Assembly (NCBI RefSeq): GCF_030028105.1
Contig: NC_092386.1
Location: forward strand, 28,619,721-28,683,720
From: Mobula birostris
Lineage: Eukaryota
Direction: 5' to 3'
Length of the DNA: 64,000 nucleotides
The notes under the pieces were generated by a model. It saw nothing but the letters and a program-made list of their open reading frames with translations. It was not told where the DNA came from and ran no database searches. Positions 60,986 through 64,000 of this stretch are shown here, piece by piece. Position 1 is the stretch's first letter. Each line of letters begins with the position of its first letter. A program made the position numbers and the translations under genes.

Positions 60986-63900
60986 TCTGCCTGGCTTCAG
61001 CAAGGTGGCGGTCAGTCTGCCTTTGTCTGAGAGTTGCTGCTTGGCCATATTTTCTTAAGTAAACAACATTTAATTGTTTGATTAGTACTAGTATGACATA
61101 GAGATGTAGTTTAATTTTTTTACAATGAGTCTATAAGAGCCTGAAGGATAGATGATCAAAATCATATGTCTTTATACAACCAATTGGTTACTTTTTTTGC
61201 TTGACTTCAGTCTTTGCTATCTGATTGATTGTAATATTTTCATGCATCCAATAGAGCTAGCAGTTTTTGTTTCAATTTATCCTTGCAATGTTCTGTCCAA
61301 AATACCTAGGTTTTATTAATATGCTAATTTTTATTAATAGCTCAGTGTTTATTATTTGGTTATACAAAAGCAAATTCTGATTCAACCTTTGCATTTGGAT
61401 GGTCTTGAGCAACAAGAATTACAGTTTTTTTTTAATTCCCTCCCTTTTCTGAAGTTAATGTTAGAGTCATTAAGGTTAATTGTCGGACTTCGGCCATTAG
61501 TAGTTAACTCATGAGACTTGGGGCAAAAGAATTGGTCCTCTTTCACTCGTGTTTTTCTTCTATTATTTTATTCAATCATTTAGTCAATCATGACTGATCC
61601 ATAGATCAATTTTGTTTGCCCACTTTAGATCTATGTTTCTTGACGGCCTTACCAGATAGACACTTGTTTTGTTCTTTACCATGAAAACAACAAAGGCACA
61701 GAAATCATGGGATTTTTAAGGGGAACTCAGTTGAGGTTTTCACTAACTACTTTATCAAAAATGCTTCCTGATTTTACTTTTGAATGATTTAGAGATCAAT
61801 TTGAAAATGTCCCTCATTATTTGACTATTACTTCCTGAACAAACAAATTCTACATAAATAAATGCCCTCAAAATTCTTTGGACATTTCCATAAGGTTTGC
61901 TATCATAGAAAATTGATTTGACACCAGAACTGTAAGAACCATTTAAAGAAAATAAAATGCACTTTAGCTGGCATAGCTGACAAAAATAATTGGTTTAGTA
62001 TTGCATTGCATTCTGGTTTCTCAGAAGAGTGCATTTGTGTAGTTTCAGCTTTTAACATTTCCTGTACGTTACTTCCTTTTTCATATATATTATATGTCAG
62101 TTGTGTCTTAAAACAACTTTGAAAGTAGATTTTAACAGAAATTCACTTCCTTTTTCCTGCTATTACCAGCATGTTCCCTTCAAGATCCAACAAGCCTTGA
62201 AATACATTAACCCATTTTTTTAAACTACAGTACTTTTGATTGAAAATAGGACCAGTAATGTTAAGAACTCTTTGGTGCTGTTTTCAAATCTGTGACCAAC
62301 AAATATTTGTTTGTGCACCGGCTAGCTTTAGTATTTGTGGGCTTCTCTGGACCCCTTGCTTTGCAATTGGCATCTGTGTGATAAGCAGAGCTTCTGCAGT
62401 GGTTGCAAGTGTGAAACCACAGGGGTTGCTGCATTCATACTTAACTCAAAGCTGAACAGGCAGTCAGAAAGGAAATGGGGTGGTGCAAAATGGTTTTATG
62501 AACCATCGTTTCACATTAATCAAAGTTATTTTGTTAGTGTTGCTCAAATGTATTTCAAACTAAAATTACTTTTTTTTCATTTATCTATCTATTTTCCCCA
62601 GCCATTTTCTTGCATTTTCTGATTGACATTTAATCCTGTTTAAACATACGTGCTAAATTGTGGCTCTGTAAACTGATCTTCAATATTTGCTACCCTCAAT
62701 CTCATGTTGTGGCTAGTGACATGTAACATTTTAAAGCAAAGACAACTGAGATATGTTTCTGTTTCTGTTGTATGTGTTACTTGGTGTTGAGTGATGCAAA
62801 AGATTTAAGTTTTACATAGTCAAAAATTAATTAATAAAATTGAACTACATGTTAAGATTCTTCATTTGAACCTGACTTACATTGTTAACTACATCTTGTA
62901 TTAAATTTATAAATGACATGCTATGCACAATCTGCAATACATTTACAGAACAGCTGTTAATAGTATTCTTTTTTCAGGTTGAAGAAAAGTAAGTTGAGTA
63001 TCATTCTCTTGCTAATATAATAATAGTTCTCATTTTAAATACTGTTACTCTGCCCAATAGTGCAGAACTATCTGTCTAAGATAATCTTTCAATTTCTCCT
63101 TCACATTGCTGCCTTAACAACTAGTTTGTCTTCCCAAATCTTCAATTAACACGAACTCAAAGCCACATCAAATGAACTCTGAAGTAACAGTAAAACTTCA
63201 GCTATCTTCATTTCACCATCATAAACTGGATCTGTCCACCTTCCTTTTTTTCTGTCAATCAGATGTGATGCTGATGAATATTTGAATCCCACAACAACAA
63301 GGACACCTTCAAAATTGTGTTGGCAAAACTGAATGAGAAGAGGAGAGGTGAAGTTCAGTTGTCACATTTAATTATTGTTGAGAAAAGTAGAAAAGTCTGG
63401 ATCTCACTTTCTGAAAAGTGTTATTGTACCTACTCAGCTCACTGCCATTGAGAAATCTGACCTTGTGTAAGAAAGGGAAGGTGTGTTGAAACAAACACAT
63501 TGCAAAATGTTGGATGCATTTCATAAGCAACTGTATTGCTTAAATTTTTTTGGAACATAGCTATTGAATGTGATAGTGAAAATATATGACCTATACTGTG
63601 GACAATAAAATGACAGATCATTCCCAACAATGCCATCCTCCCTCCCCTCTTGTCCCTCAGTTCTTTTTGAATTGTAGCTCTACTGGTTTAACCAGCAGAT
63701 ATTGCCCATCCTAGTTGTCCATGAGATGGTGGTGGTGAGTTACTTTGTTAAGGTAGTCCTACAGTGTTTGGAACTAGCAATGAAGAAGGAACAAGTAGAT
63801 AAATCCAAGTCAAAGTGGAGTGTGACCTGAAGGTGAACTATGTGCTTACTGTTTACAGTCATTATTTTTCATCTTGGGGTGCTGGTCAAGGGGGTTGCTT

Positions 63901-64000
63901 TGTCCTGGATGTTACTGAGCTTCTTGAGTGTGCTGCTGGACGTTTGCTCATCCAGGCAAGAGAGAAATATCCCATCCCATTTCTGACGTGTCTCGTAGAT

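Noticed and set aside
1-64000. CRISPR arrays, operons or other prokaryotic systems
   Set aside because: No regularly spaced direct repeats or gene-dense regions; the window has spliceosomal introns and vertebrate transposons throughout.

Overview
Eukaryotic (vertebrate) genomic DNA, not prokaryotic. The repeat families (HE1-like V-SINEs, elasmobranch-type CR1 and Penelope elements) point to a cartilaginous fish, probably a ray (inference). The + strand carries the last ten coding exons of DMXL1 (Rabconnectin-3 alpha family WD40 protein; 4845-43339). I spliced these by hand: all junctions are GT-AG and in phase. A ~2.7 kb 3' UTR with no recognisable transposons ends near tandem AATAAA signals at ~46056-46078. 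A CpG-rich promoter and first exon follow at ~49720-49951, probably TNFAIP8 by synteny; its coding body is not in the window. Much of the remainder is decayed transposons: CR1, Rex1/Babar-type, Tx1-like and HERO/R2-group (RLE) LINEs, Penelope-like elements, a Gypsy LTR element, an IR/DR Tc1 transposon, MITEs and SINEs, often nested with readable target-site duplications. Most ORF-track entries are TE debris or noise. I found no convincing wholly new system. The best leads are: a Penelope-borne minimal hammerhead ribozyme and hairpin mini-elements derived from it; a four-tier TE nest; an 89-bp locally templated insertion at a CR1 5' junction; a candidate 11-nt microexon that could create a split start codon; and a Tx1-like LINE inserted inside a Penelope endonuclease gene. 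Family names come from motif recall, not from database searches.
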